Source: the human T2T-CHM13v2.0 reference genome, Homo sapiens. From it: a stretch of DNA of 64,000 nt. How positions within the stretch are numbered: position 1 is the stretch's first letter; the number at the start of each line of letters is the position of its first letter. The position numbers and the translations under genes were made by a program. This document shows, one piece after another, positions 42,190 through 55,089 of the stretch. Location: NCBI RefSeq assembly GCF_009914755.1, contig NC_060944.1; one strand, written 5' to 3'. The notes beneath the pieces were generated by a model, which was given only the letters and a program-made list of their open reading frames with translations, did no database searches and had not been told where the DNA came from.

Positions 42190-42720
42190 TCATCCCTGAA
42201 ATTAATCTAAGAGAGGCCCCTTTTACAAGAGTGGCAGCAAATATCCGATTCAATTTGCTTTCACCCAAGATTTCCCAGGAGTCATGCCGAATGAGATAAT
42301 CAATGATGATTATAGGGTTTGGCCTGCCTTACTGAGCCAAAGTGTTAAAAAGGGGGGGAATTTCTGCTCCGGTGCTTACCCAAGTCAGGCGCTAATTCGG
42401 GCAGATCCATTACTTTTCTCAGCAGCTCTAAACCATATGTGCTGCAATAATCACGCTGGATAGGTAGAGGCGATCAGTCCTCCCACCTAAGCAAAGAAAA
42501 TGCATTTTTGCTTCTCCACCCCAAAACAACAACAACAACAAAAATGTATAGAGCATCTGCAGCAAAAATGAGTAGGCTGTTCAAACCAATGATGCCGAAG
42601 AGATTTAATTTAGACAGGCTAAACTGTCCTCGTCTCAGCTAGAGAGACTAGCCAATGCCTTTGCTACTAATCCAATCAAGATTAAGTATTAAATTACTTG
42701 TTGCTGCCATCTTAACCCAG
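42190..42720. promoter_or_regulatory. Candidate conserved non-coding element
   Basis: Repeat-free, retains CpGs, homeodomain-rich, includes TAATCCAATCA at 42668. Confidence 0.35.
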
Positions 42721-42931
42721 AGAAGACTGTTTTCTGCTTGGCTGATTGTTCTGAAAGACCACAACCTCCTGGGAAGGAAAGCAGGAGGGAATGGCCGAGG
42801 GGCCAAAGAAATCCTCCAGATTCCTCACACCCGTCCTTGTCCTCACCCCTCTCTTTCTTGCTCCTGTTAGTCTTATACTGGCTGTTTTGGGGTGGGGTGC
42901 TCCTGGGCTATGCACATTTTTGCAAAGCCTG

Positions 42932-43325
42932 TGTATTAGTCTGTTCGTGAATTGCTATAAATACCTGAAAGTGCGTAATTTATAAAGAAAACAGATTTAA
43001 TTGGCTCACAGTTCTGCAGGCTGTACAGGAAGCATGACTTGGGAGACCTCAGGAAAGTTACAATCAAGACAGAAGGCCAAGAGGAAGCAGGCATGTCTTA
43101 CATGGCTGGAGCAGGAGAAAGAGAGAGGTGTGGGGTATTACACATTTTAAACAACCAGATCTCATGAGAACTCACCATCATGATGACTGCTCCAAGGGGG
43201 ACGGTGTTAAACCATTAGAAACCACCCCCCATGATCTAATCACCTCCCACCAGGTCCCAACTCTAACACTGGGGACTACAACTAGATATGAGATTTGGGT
43301 GGGGACACAGATCCAAACCATATCA
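42932..43325 (-). mobile_element. MSTA/THE1D-type MaLR solo LTR
   Basis: tgtattagtctgttc...gatttgggtggggacacagatccaaaccatatca; TSD gcctg/ggctg. Confidence 0.9.
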
Positions 43326-43341
43326 GGCTGGACCCAAAATA

Positions 43342-43886
43342 TGTGTTAGTTATCCATTGCTTTGTAACAAATGCATACCCCAAAACTTAGAAGCTGGAAA
43401 CAACAAATGTATACTCTCACTGTTCCTCAGGGTCAGGAATGAAGGAGCATCTTGGCTGTGTGGTGCTGGATCAGAGTCTCTCACAAGACTGCAATCAGAA
43501 TGTCAGCCAGGGCTGCAGTCGTCTCAAGGCTTGGCTTGGGGAAAGCCAGCTTCTGAGCTTATCCACTCTCCCATGGCTGTGGGCAGGCCTCAGAAGATCA
43601 GCTTCCAAGCTCACAGATGTGGGCCTTTCCACAGGGCTGCGTCACAGCATGATGGCTGGATTCTCCCAGAGTAAGCAACCCAAGAGAGAGTGTAAGAGCA
43701 TGCCCAGACCAAAGCCACAGCTTTTTTATTACCCAATATCAGAAGTGACATCACACCACACCTGCATTATTCTATTGGTTAGAAGTATCAGCTAGTCCTG
43801 CCCACACTCAGAGAAGAGGATGACACAAGGATGTGAATACCAAGGAGAGTGAGTTATTAGAGACCATTTTAGTGATGACTGTGACA
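43342..43886 (-). mobile_element. MLT1F-like MaLR solo LTR
   Basis: tgtgttagttatccattgctttgtaacaaa...ccccaaaacttag...tattctattggttagaag...gtgaataccaaggag. Confidence 0.85.
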
Positions 43887-44309
43887 AACAGGAGACTTTC
43901 CCTCTTGTAGATATCATCTGCACATAAACAATGAGAAGTTTTGTCCTGTTAGATGCAGCAGAGTTCTTACATGTCTGAGGCAAGCTCCAAAGGCAGTTTC
44001 CTTTTTGTGGTGCAAAGAATGTTACATAGAGAAGGAAAGGGCATCTGCACAAAATTGATCTGGATATTCAAGATCAGAATTAGACCTGGAAGCAGGGCCT
44101 GCTTTCCCAAAAACTTCACTAAGGGCAGTGGGCTAAGGATGTGCATGTTGGCCTAGGTGCTGCCTGGGTACCCTTTCTAGCACCCACAGTCAGAAGCACA
44201 CACAGGAACTGCAGGTTAGGACTGCAGAGACATCAACAGGTAGAGAAGAGGACAGAAGACCTGGGTTAGAAAGGTCTGGTTGGTGATCTCTTTTATCCTT
44301 CTGTGCAAG

Positions 44310-46735
44310 ATGATTACAGTCATAGCCCAATGAAACACACCTCTCAGTATCCATACTTTTCTGTATTCCCCTCACACACTGACTCTGGGCTTGTCTATGA
44401 GTATTGCCAAGTTAACTAGGTGTAAGCAGAGGCTTGATTTGTGCTTATGAATTTGGGCATACCCTCTGGGAATGCTCCCCCGAGACCATCATGCCAAGAA
44501 GACTCCAGGATGTGAAGAAACTGGAATGAAAGACAACATGGAGAGGAAGATCCAGCCGACGTAGCTGAGCCCAGTCAACCTTCCAGCTGAATGCAGCTAC
44601 ATGAGAAATCCCAGGTGAGACCAGTGGAAGAATCACCGTACAGAATGTTAAAATAGTAAGTCACTATTATATTAAGACATTAAGTCGTGAAATGGTTTGC
44701 TAATACTGCATAGTTGGTGATACAGAAATTGATACCTGGAGGTGGATGCTGCTATTCAAAATAAAATTCAAAAAACCATCTTTATTAATGTGGCATTGGC
44801 TTTGGGACTGGGCAATGGACAGAGGCTTATAGAGAATTAAGGAAGCTATTAGTAGAATCTAGAAATGCATTGAGAAAACTGCTAGTAGAGGCTGGAAAAA
44901 GGGCAAGCCAAGTTACAATTGAGGAACAATTGGCAAAACTCTTGTCTGAAGTAATTTGAAAGACAGGAAATGTACTAATGAATGTGTGGGTCTCCCTAAG
45001 GAGATGACGAGGCAGAATGCTGACAATGGTTATTGGCTTTTTCTAGCTGAGTATGATAAGGAATGAGAGGAGAAAGAGAGATGTACTAAAGTCATCTCTA
45101 TTTGTAAGCAGAATTTAAAGAAAGTACAGAGGACCTGATATATACTGAGTTTCTAAATGAAGTTGGTTTTCTTTGTAATATTTCTAGTCTTTTCAACAGG
45201 CAAAAGATTCTCAAGGGAAAAATGAAAATGCCTTCAGGATCACAATCAAATCAAGAATGTAGATATAAGACTTTCTGAAAAATTAAGATGTTGTCTAATA
45301 GACCTTCTCAGCTAGACAAAAATCTTAAGGGCCTTGTCCTACAGCAGCACCCTGAAATTCCCCATCCAAGTACAGAAGAATCTATTTCAAACATAGTTGT
45401 GAATATGGTTTTTGTTTAATGGAGTATAATGTGATGCACAGAAAACCCAAAACATTTTTAAAGGAGTTGTAGCAGCTTGGATTGAAGAAAACAAACACAG
45501 TTTAAAACACAAAGAGGACTGTGGTCCCCAAAGTTTACAGTTAGAAAGCAGGCTAAGAAAGCTACAAACATGAACCCTCTATTATGGAAGGAAAAAGAAA
45601 TTCAAAGAGTAGAGCCAAGAGACTAGAAGGTGAATTTAAGGGCTAAGGAAAACAGCTGATTTTCTGAATTTAAGGGCCAAGGAAAACAGCTGATTAGGAA
45701 ACTACTCCCAGAGAGCAGGGCCTAGTAAAGGAATATTCCCTGCCTTGGGTAGAGAGCTCTGATGACATGTGACTGTGCCTGTGCCTGGCTAGATTTCAGA
45801 ATTGCTATGTACCAGTGACTGTTAGTGCCTCTTGCTCTTCTCCTTTTGAATAAGAGTGACTATTGCATCATCTAGTGCCTGTCCCTTGGTGCTTTAAATT
45901 CACAAGTTTCTGGATCAAGAGGATCTGCTGCACTCAAGAGACTTTTTCTGTATCCAGACCAGATGAAGATCACAAGCTCCAGGATTCTGAGCCTTATGCT
46001 ATAACTGAGTGAGATCTTTGAAGATCTTGGGAGGGGTAAATTTATTTTGTATCTGGGAAGACTACTAGTAATTGTAGTCAAATGGAAAACTGTGGTAGGT
46101 TAAATATGGCCACAGAGCTTTGCAGCTAGCTCCTCCCCTCAGAAGGTTGAATCTATTCCGACCTTTGGGTTTGGGCTGGGTTTGTGACTCAATTTGCCCA
46201 GTGGAATGTAGAAGAAGCAAAACTATCTGTGTCCAAGGTCTAGTCCTCAAAGGGGCCTTGCAGCTTCCTCCATCATCCCCTTTGAGCCTGTTATAACCTC
46301 ACTGTAAGAAAGCTGGTCTATTTGGAGACTAGAATCCACATGAAGGAGCATCAGGGTGTCCTCCCTAAAAGCACCAACTGGACTCAGCAAAAACAGCTGA
46401 ATTCCACTGCAAACAACTCTTTGACTTAAACAAGATTATTCTGAGAAATCACAAAACAAAAGCCCTTTTTAAAATCAGGGCTTCCTGAGAGTCCAGGGGA
46501 ATTGGAATTGTGTGATTCCAGTGGCAACTGGCAGATAGGTTGAGGAAGGCCATCTTGGACCTTGCAGCCTTGCTGACTCTCCAGCTGGATGCAGTCCCAT
46601 GAGTGGGGCCCAAACAAAACTGTCAGAGGATCAACCTAGACAACTCCAGGAATTATGGGATATGATAAACTGTTGTTGTTTTAGGCTGCTAAGTATAGAG
46701 GTAATTTGTTACACATAAATAGTTAAGTAGTTTAC
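44310..46735 (+). mobile_element. MLT1 (G/H group) provirus: LTR 44310-44724, internal 44725-46090, LTR 46091-46735
   Basis: LTR end gataca followed by MLT-int start gaaattgatacctggaggtggatgctgct; int end gatcttgggagggg...aac followed by tgtggtaggttaaatatggccac. Confidence 0.8.
45631..45695 (+). repeat. 34-bp-period tandem duplication
   Basis: tgaatttaagggc(t/c)aaggaaaacagctgatt twice. Confidence 0.9.
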
Positions 46736-47063
46736 TCTCACTACCACTAGAACGGTCAGACTTACCTGGGCAGGCAACAATGGAATTTAGAACAATCCTG
46801 TGGTCCTAGAGGCCCCCAAGCCAGAAAGCAGCACCTGCCCGACGCCTGCTCTTTCTCTTTTAGTTATGTTACAGAAGTAGTTTACAAATGTCTGGTGATC
46901 CTTTTATTCCCCAGAGGCAATTGGACTCAGCAAAAACAGCTGAATTCCACTGCAAACAACTCTTTGACTTAAACAAGATTATTCTAAGAAATCACAAACC
47001 AAAAGCCCTTTTTAAAATCAGGGCTTCCTGAGAGTCCAGGGAAATTGGAATTGTGTGATTCCA
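46379..47063 (+). repeat. 142-bp direct repeat (46379-46520 and 46922-47063)
   Basis: 3 mismatches, no gaps, offset 543 bp. Confidence 0.95.
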
Positions 47064-47649
47064 CTGTATGACGCTCAGTACAGTGGCTGTAGCGCCATAA
47101 GGTCACCTGCCCAGGTTGCTTTGGAGGAAAACTGCTTTTGATTTCACCAGCAGGTGAGCAGACTGGATCACTTTGGTGACTTGAATGTCTTGGGATGCTA
47201 TCAGGCCATCCTTCTGCTGTTAAGAAGTGCTGCCTGGACAGCACAGTTATCACAAAAAGAAATCCTTATCCATTTTTTCCCTGGGATTAAGCCTGCTCTC
47301 TTAATCAGTATGCAGAGTGAAAACCCACTGGGACATGAGGGACAGCTCTGTCACCCTGCTGTACTGCCTGGTAAAATTCCACTAGCTTGTCAAGATCCAG
47401 CAACAGCATTGCTTCCTCTGGGCAAACATCACTTGCTTTCATTCCACTCCCCCATGTGGTAGAACAATAATGCCAGGGACTGCTATCTTTAACACTGTTG
47501 TACATCATGAGTACACTGCCTTAGGGTTGTCTGTGCCTCCATCCCACTGACTCAGGCTCACTTTAAGAGGAAGGATTTTGCTGTAACTGTCTTGATACAT
47601 CCAGTGTGCACCTGACACATGGAAGACATTGGGTAAATAGCTGCTGAAT

Positions 47650-48640
47650 TAATTCATTCAGCAACTATTTATCAAATTCCTACTTTGTGCCAGGTACTTG
47701 CTCTGGTGTCACCGCAGGAAACAAAACACACAAATTCTTGCCTTCAGAGATCCTAATTTCCACTCAAAGGAGTCAAAGGATACACAGAAAATAATAAATA
47801 AATTGTAGGGTATATTATAGGGTATATGAGAAGATAACAAATATTATACAGAATAATAAAGCAGGAAAAGAGAAAGAGGAACAGCAGTTTTAATAGAAGC
47901 TTGCATTTGAGCAAAGACTTGTAGGCATAGAGGAATTTAGCCAAGTGGATCTGGGGAAAAAGTGTCCTAGGCTCAAGACACAGTCAGTGCAAAGGTCCTG
48001 GGGTAGGGGTATGCCTGATTTATTTGAAGAACAGCAAAGAGGCCACAGTGGCTGTAGCCATGTGAACAGGGAGCACCTGTTACAAGATAAAAATAGAACT
48101 GGTAATGGTGTCGGGTGCTGTTTGTGTAGGAATTTGTAGGACAGAGTAAGAATTTTAGCAGAGGAGTGACACAACCTAATATAGGCTTTAAAAGGACCCA
48201 TTAGACTATTCAATTCAGTAAAAATAAAAAGAACTCGTAGGAAGGTTTGAGTGGAAGCAGTTAGGAGGCAACAATGACAACCCAGGTGAGAGAAGATGGT
48301 GGCTTGCACCAGGGGAAGCAATGGGGGTGGTGAAAAGTAGTCAGGCTCTGGATATATTCTGAATAGTCTTTTCTAACAGATTAGGTGTGTTGTGAGAAAG
48401 AAGGAGAAGTTGTGAAGAGTCAAGGGTAACTCCAAGATTTTTGGCCTGAGGAACAGAGAGAGGACTTACTATTGGTCAAGGTGAAAAGAACAGAGGTGGA
48501 TCCGGTTTTGGAAGAGATCACAAGGCCATGTTTGGAAACGCTGAGTTTGATATTTCTACCAGCAAGACATTGAGGAGATGGTGGGATATTTGAGTCTGAA
48601 ATCCATGGAGAATGTGTGGGCTAGAGGCATAAATTTGAAG
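47650..48640 (-). mobile_element. L2 (long antisense fragment)
   Basis: attcattcagcaactatttatc...tgtgccaggtact...cagtgcaaaggtcctgggg...ctccaagatttttggcctgag. Confidence 0.85.
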
Positions 48641-49171
48641 GAACTAATAAACTTGAGCACATTACTCTCTTGATTTTATCTCCTCAACAGTAAATTGAGG
48701 TGGTGGGAGAGGATATTAGGCAAGATATTCGAATAAATGATTATCTGCAATTATTTCCTGTGCTAACATCAGGCATTTATCTGAAAGACAATTCAGCATC
48801 CCACATTGCTCACCTCTGGCATTCTGCCTTTGCTGGCCTCTCCGCTTGTGATTCCATTTTTCAGGCTTCTGTGAGACATCACTCAAATGAGAGCCCAGAT
48901 GTGACAGCAGAGCCAGCTGGTGGCAATGGATGGTGACACAGCTCTTAGATACACTGGGCTACTGGCTGTAAAGAGGGCAAAGCAGGCAAAGGAAGATACA
49001 ACTGCTTTATCACGAAACGGCAGACCCAGAGATAGCAACGGCTGCAGAGGGCAGGCATGAGGCTGCCCTCTTTGCAAAAGAAGCCAGTGCTGTCCACCAG
49101 GCAGTGCCACAAATGGCATTGTTCTTTCCAACACTGAGCAGGAGGCTCTTTGCAGGATTACTTTAGAAGCA

Positions 49172-49302
49172 GGATAAATATATGCCTTGCTTTGCCCAGG
49201 ACAGTCTGAATTGGCATCATTTATTCCAGTGTAATTGTTAACAGCAGCTTCTTTCACTTTCAAAATTATCCCAGTTCGAATGATAAATTACATGATCGCT
49301 CA
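49172..49302. mobile_element. MER94 (hAT-Blackjack)
   Basis: tttgcccaggacagtc...gtaattgttaacagc...ctttcactttcaaaa...gataaattacatgatc. Confidence 0.65.
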
Positions 49303-49739
49303 TCTTATAAGCTTGCCTCTTCACATCTTTTTCCCAGAAAAGCCCTAGCGTGGTCTTTCCCTCACGACCCAGAACTTTCTGACTTTTGATCAGTTATGAA
49401 TTGACTCAATGTCCATGGGCCAACCCTGGAAACGTAGCAAAAGCTCCAAATTTTCTTCTTGCTGCTTCCAATTCCCAACCCACTGAAAAGCGAGGGACCC
49501 AGGCTTTGCTTCAATGGAGCGAGGATCCATTGAAGGACCCAGACAATGATTTCTGCATGTGACTCTACTTAAGAATCATTGGGGCCACTGTCGCTTTCTT
49601 GGCTCCTGAACTTACCTTTTCTGCATCTAAGCCTCACAAGAACCTTGTAGCCAATAGTGTAAAATGGCTCGGGTCACCTACACAGCAGGGATTTGACCAC
49701 ACTGCCTGGTTCCACATTCATTCATATCATTGCTTATTA

Positions 49740-50087
<348 letters not shown>

Positions 50088-50635
50088 TCATGCAACAAAT
50101 ACCAGACGCTCCCTATGTGTAGATGCCCTCAGGTCCAGCACAAAACAGAGACATCACCATGACTTGATGTAGAAAGTAAGAAGACAAAAAAAAAAAAAAA
50201 AAAAAAGGAGGTCCAGCTGATCAGAAAGCCATCTGATGATAAAAGTCCTCCTGACCTTCACACCAACATTTTGTGCATTGATTATTCACTCCATAAACAT
50301 TTGTCCAGCGTCATTAATCGAGTGCAGGCCACTTGACATCATTTATTGTATTTAATCCTCACGGCCACACTCTGAGGTCGATATTATGATGTCAGCTTGG
50401 TAGATGGAAGCCCAAGGCTCAAAGAAGTTAGATGACTTGCTGAAGGTCACAAGGTTGCAGCACAAGAATAGGAAACAGGGTCTGTATGTGTGCTTTTTCC
50501 AGATGCCATCTCCACACAAGGCACTGCCGAAACTCTGTTACCCAACTCTGCTAAATGTGAGAGTTCTTGGAACACACAGCTGAGACCTCGGGGAAGGACC
50601 CACACCCATGTGCTTTCTGGCTGAAGGTAGAATTA

Positions 50636-50752
50636 GGACTAGGGTGAGGGGGGTGAGGCACTAGTCTCAGGGGCAAGATTTAAGGGGCACAAAAACCTCG
50701 ATAATAATGATAATTAATATTTTAATGCAACATTTTTAAAAATAATGAATTG
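50636..50752. mobile_element. hAT-Tip100 (MER96B-like) 5' fragment
   Basis: ggactagggtgagg...gaggcact...atttaaggggc...taatattttaatgcaa. Confidence 0.55.
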
Positions 50753-51097
50753 CAAATTTGTAACCTTTGACCAACAGCTCCCCATTTCCCACAACCCCAA
50801 CAAACTTGCAGTTATAAGATGAATAAGTTCTGGAGGCCTAATAAACAGCAAGGTGACTATAATTAGTGATAATAGATTGTGTACTTAAAACTTGCTAAGA
50901 GAGTAGATCTTAAATATTCTCACCACAAAAATAAAAAAACAGTAACTGTGAGGTGGAGGATATGTTAATTGTCCTTGAGAATGGTAATCATTTCACTGTA
51001 TATATGTATATCAAAATATCACATTATACACCTTGAATATATATCATTTTAATTTGTCAATTATACCTCAATAAAGCTAGAAATAAAATTTTAAAAA
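50751..51097 (+). mobile_element. L1MA9/10-type 3' end with inverted 5' segment
   Basis: 50751-50798 is antisense L1 (ggggttgtgggaaatggggagctgttggtcaaaggttacaaa); sense L1 from acaaacttgcagttataagatg to aataaagct. Confidence 0.85.
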
Positions 51098-51489
51098 TTG
51101 GAAAACTACAGCCCTTGGCCCAGCTGCCTGTGTTTGTAAATAAGGCTTTATTACATTTCACATGCCAAGGCAAGTCACCTCCACTGGCCCCAGGTACTTG
51201 GTTTCACTTGCAGAATAAAGGCTTTCTGTGCCGTTTTCACTTGGAGGGCAGGGCGCTTGTCTGTAAATAAAGGCCACGTGCAAATAAAGGTCCTGGACAA
51301 TCACAAAGAGTGACACGAGGAGGCAGACTGCTCTCCAATTCCTCCCCAGGGCTAGAGTAACCCTGAGGCGATTTTTAGACGTGAACAGGAGACAGGCAGC
51401 CAGGGTGCAGATAACCGGAGAAGAGGAACCCAGAGGTAGGAGGACAGCGCAAGGTGGCTCAAGTCCCGATCCCAGAGAGATGAGTTCAG

Positions 51490-52030
51490 CCATTGGTATG
51501 AACATGGAGGGATGCAGTGCCATTTCTTCACTCAGAAATATGATGTGTGCTGTCACTATTTTTAACGCAAATACCCTCAGCGACCTGGGCTCCACCATCC
51601 ACACGCGGTGACTCCAGCTCTGGTGCAAAGCAATTATTAATGGGAAAAGAGAGTGCTGGGGCCCCCAATAGCCATTTTTAACTGTGGACATTATTGCTCA
51701 ATTTTGAGCTGCACCCGGGGACTCATAAGAGGAAGACATAATGCTTGTTTGTGGAACTTTTATAGCTAATTGACATTTTTTCAGTGCTCCCCCGACAGCT
51801 GTAGTTACTCCTGATTGGAAGGGCCTTGAAAAGCATCAAGTTGTGCACCGTCTCCAGATGGGCCCATATTTCTGATGTACAAATGAAAAAAAAAAGAGTA
51901 TAAATAAAAAGCCGTCAAAATAAACACACTCAAAAGTGATAAAGAGGAGCTGCAGTGATTGGCAAAAGGATTTCTCTTTGTGCAAAAATAATGAGTGCTA
52001 TTTTCATACTAATTGAGGAGGTTTTACTAT
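51490..52030. promoter_or_regulatory. Candidate conserved non-coding element
   Basis: Repeat-free, retains CpGs, TAAT/TGACA/TAAACA motifs. Confidence 0.35.
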
Positions 52031-52148
52031 CTGGAGCTGTCAGACCTCCTCCTTTCTCAGAAACATTTTCCATCCTTCTACATCTGTTTTTGCTCTGCAG
52101 AGAAAGGGGAACAGGGAAGCAAATTTCTCCTTCCCCCGCCAATGTGCT

Positions 52149-52230
52149 TCAAACACCTGGCCTCAAGTGATCCTCCTGCCTCGGCTTCCCAAAGTGCTGG
52201 GATTATAGGTGTGAGCCACCATGCTCAGCC
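52149..52230 (-). mobile_element. Alu 5' fragment
   Basis: cctcaagtgatcctcctgcctcggcttcccaaagtgctgggattataggtgtgagccacc. Confidence 0.85.
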
Positions 52231-52294
52231 TGAAGTTTTCTTTCATTCAGGTCAGTTCAGCAACTCTGAGACAAAATGGGCTCATTTCTCTCCA

Positions 52295-52556
52295 TGGTTT
52301 CAGCACAAGTCCCGGAACAGGCTGTTACTGGCCCAGCTGAGGTCACGTGCCATCCCTGAACCAATTACTGTGGCTGGGGTGATGTGGCAAGCCTGGGTCA
52401 GGTAGGAGGCTGGCAAGGCGTGGTCTCAGCCCTACTGCATCATGAGCGGAGAGGTAGGGTGGTGCACCTACTCAAAGGAAAATCTGGAAGCTGCTTGTTA
52501 CAAGAAGAAAGGGCAAAGGATGCTGGGCTGGGAAAAACAACTGACGTACATTGCAA
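52295..52556 (-). mobile_element. MLT1K/L fragment
   Basis: ggtcacgtgccatccctgaaccaattactgtggc...ggatgctgggc...aaacaac. Confidence 0.7.
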
Positions 52557-52614
52557 CATAAACTCTCATAAGAAGAGCACACAATTTTCTAGAATGCTTC
52601 AATGCCTGAGAGTT

Positions 52615-53045
52615 TTAGTGCTCTAGTTCCCTAGCAAACAGACTCTGAGACGAATTAGGTGCAGGTGGATTGTTGCAGATGGCTCTTGGGACAGCATCAG
52701 GGAGAGGCAGGGAAGCTGGATTGGGCAGAGGAAGGAGTGGGGCTGCCATGCAGTTACAACAGCAGACTCAACTCACCCCACAAGGAGCTCTAGAGCTCAG
52801 ACAGCTCTTGCGGGTTACCCTGAACTGAACCAAGGGGCCAGCGCTTGGTACCTTCTGCAGTGATCAGTCATTGGATGCGGTCTGCCCATTGGTAAGCGTC
52901 CTAACCTTTAGTTAGGAGGCTCTCTTCAGCCGAGGGCAATTCTTAGGAGAGGGACTCAACTGAGGACCATCACTAGACAGCATTCCTAGCACTTAGGGAA
53001 AGGAGTGCCTCGTCCTGAAGGGGAGATCTGGGAGGAGCTCCTGAA
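52615..53045 (-). mobile_element. LTR16A-like ERVL LTR
   Basis: aaacagactctgagacg...ggattgggcagagg...cagccgagggcaattc...ggggagatctggg. Confidence 0.75.
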
Positions 53046-53292
53046 TGAAGAGGGTCCTAGTAGGGGGCAGTGTAGTGAGGGAGTCAAAGTAACATTCCCA
53101 AATGTGAGGCTTCAAACTCTATTTACCTGGTACCAGCAGCCAGTGCAGCCTGAACACTCTGACCTCGGGAGAGGAACTATGAGCTAGTTCCATGCCAGCT
53201 CCTGAATCTCTCACATGGGATTCTAAGAGTATCAGAGGGTGAGAATAAAGAGTCTCTGGAATTAATACTCTGTTGTTTCTTAAAAGCCTGGG

Positions 53293-53693
<401 letters not shown>

Positions 53694-54504
53694 TTAATAG
53701 CCAAGAAAAGAGGGACATGGACCTCACACTAAATCAGTTCAAGGACAGGAAAAAAAGCAGTTGTTTAAATGGGAACACTCAGGGGCCAACAAGAGTGTGT
53801 TTCTTAAAGTGTGTCAGGGGAAAATCAATTCCCAAAAAGTGGTAGGAAATTAAAAGAAAGTCTTTTAAAAAACTGTAATCAGAGAATTAGTCTAAGGCTT
53901 CTTATTAAAGAAGTCTTCTTTTTAAAGGAGAATCACACAGAAATCCAGAAAATTTGGTACAAAGAAGGTGGGGGATTCTGAAACAAAGAACAATGAGATA
54001 AATATAGTAGGACATGACCAGTTCTGCACAAACAGCTTTTCAGAGGGAGAGATGTGAGGAACAAAGTCTTCTCACTTTTCTTCCACTGCTGATCTTTTCT
54101 TGCAGGAGTTATGAACCTAACGCTTGTAACTGTGCTCAAGCTGTCCACAGATGCCTGAAATGGAATACAAATTGTATTTGCACAAATACATTCTTCTGAA
54201 GGGAGCATCTGTAAATTTCAGCTGATCCTTAAAAGCAACTATGATTCCATGAATGTTTAAGAACCAAATTCCAGTCCAAATACTGACTGTAGAGGACAAA
54301 CAATTTTAATGAGAAGGAGAAAAGAGTTAAAAATACTTTTATTTCCTTTTTGAGTAGATTTCTCATTTTCATGTTTCAAAATTTAAAATACATAGCGTGT
54401 CCAGTGAATAGTTTCTCTCCCTTCCCTGCCCACTTCTCCCTGGTTTTCCTCCACATAGCAAATAATATTATCAGTTTTTGTGTAGCTTCCATAATGCATT
54501 CTCT

Positions 54505-54694
54505 ACATATTTGCATGTTATATATGCACATACATATATGGGCAAGCATGTTATATATATGCACACACATATATGGGCAAATATATACATACAAATATAT
54601 ACATACATCCATATATTTGCCCATATATGATGTGCATATGATGTTACATTTATGTATGCATGCATGTGTATGTGTGTGTGTATATATATATATA
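54505..54694. repeat. Degenerate (TA/CA/TG) low-complexity tract
   Basis: Visible alternating purine-pyrimidine sequence. Confidence 0.8.
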
Positions 54695-54695
54695 G

Positions 54696-55001
<306 letters not shown>

Positions 55002-55089
55002 TATATGTTTTTACCCAAAGAGCAGTGTACCATAGAACACTATCTCTGCTTTCTTTCTTTTACTTAATATATCCCTACCTGGGCATTGA

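Noticed and set aside
49090-49112. CTCF-like CCACCAGGCAGTGC
   Set aside because: Mismatches in the core GG(G/T)GGC positions; not supportable.
51158-51691. 177-aa minus-strand ORF in unique sequence
   Set aside because: No recognisable domain or exon structure; its end overlaps a MER58-like fragment; length is compatible with chance.
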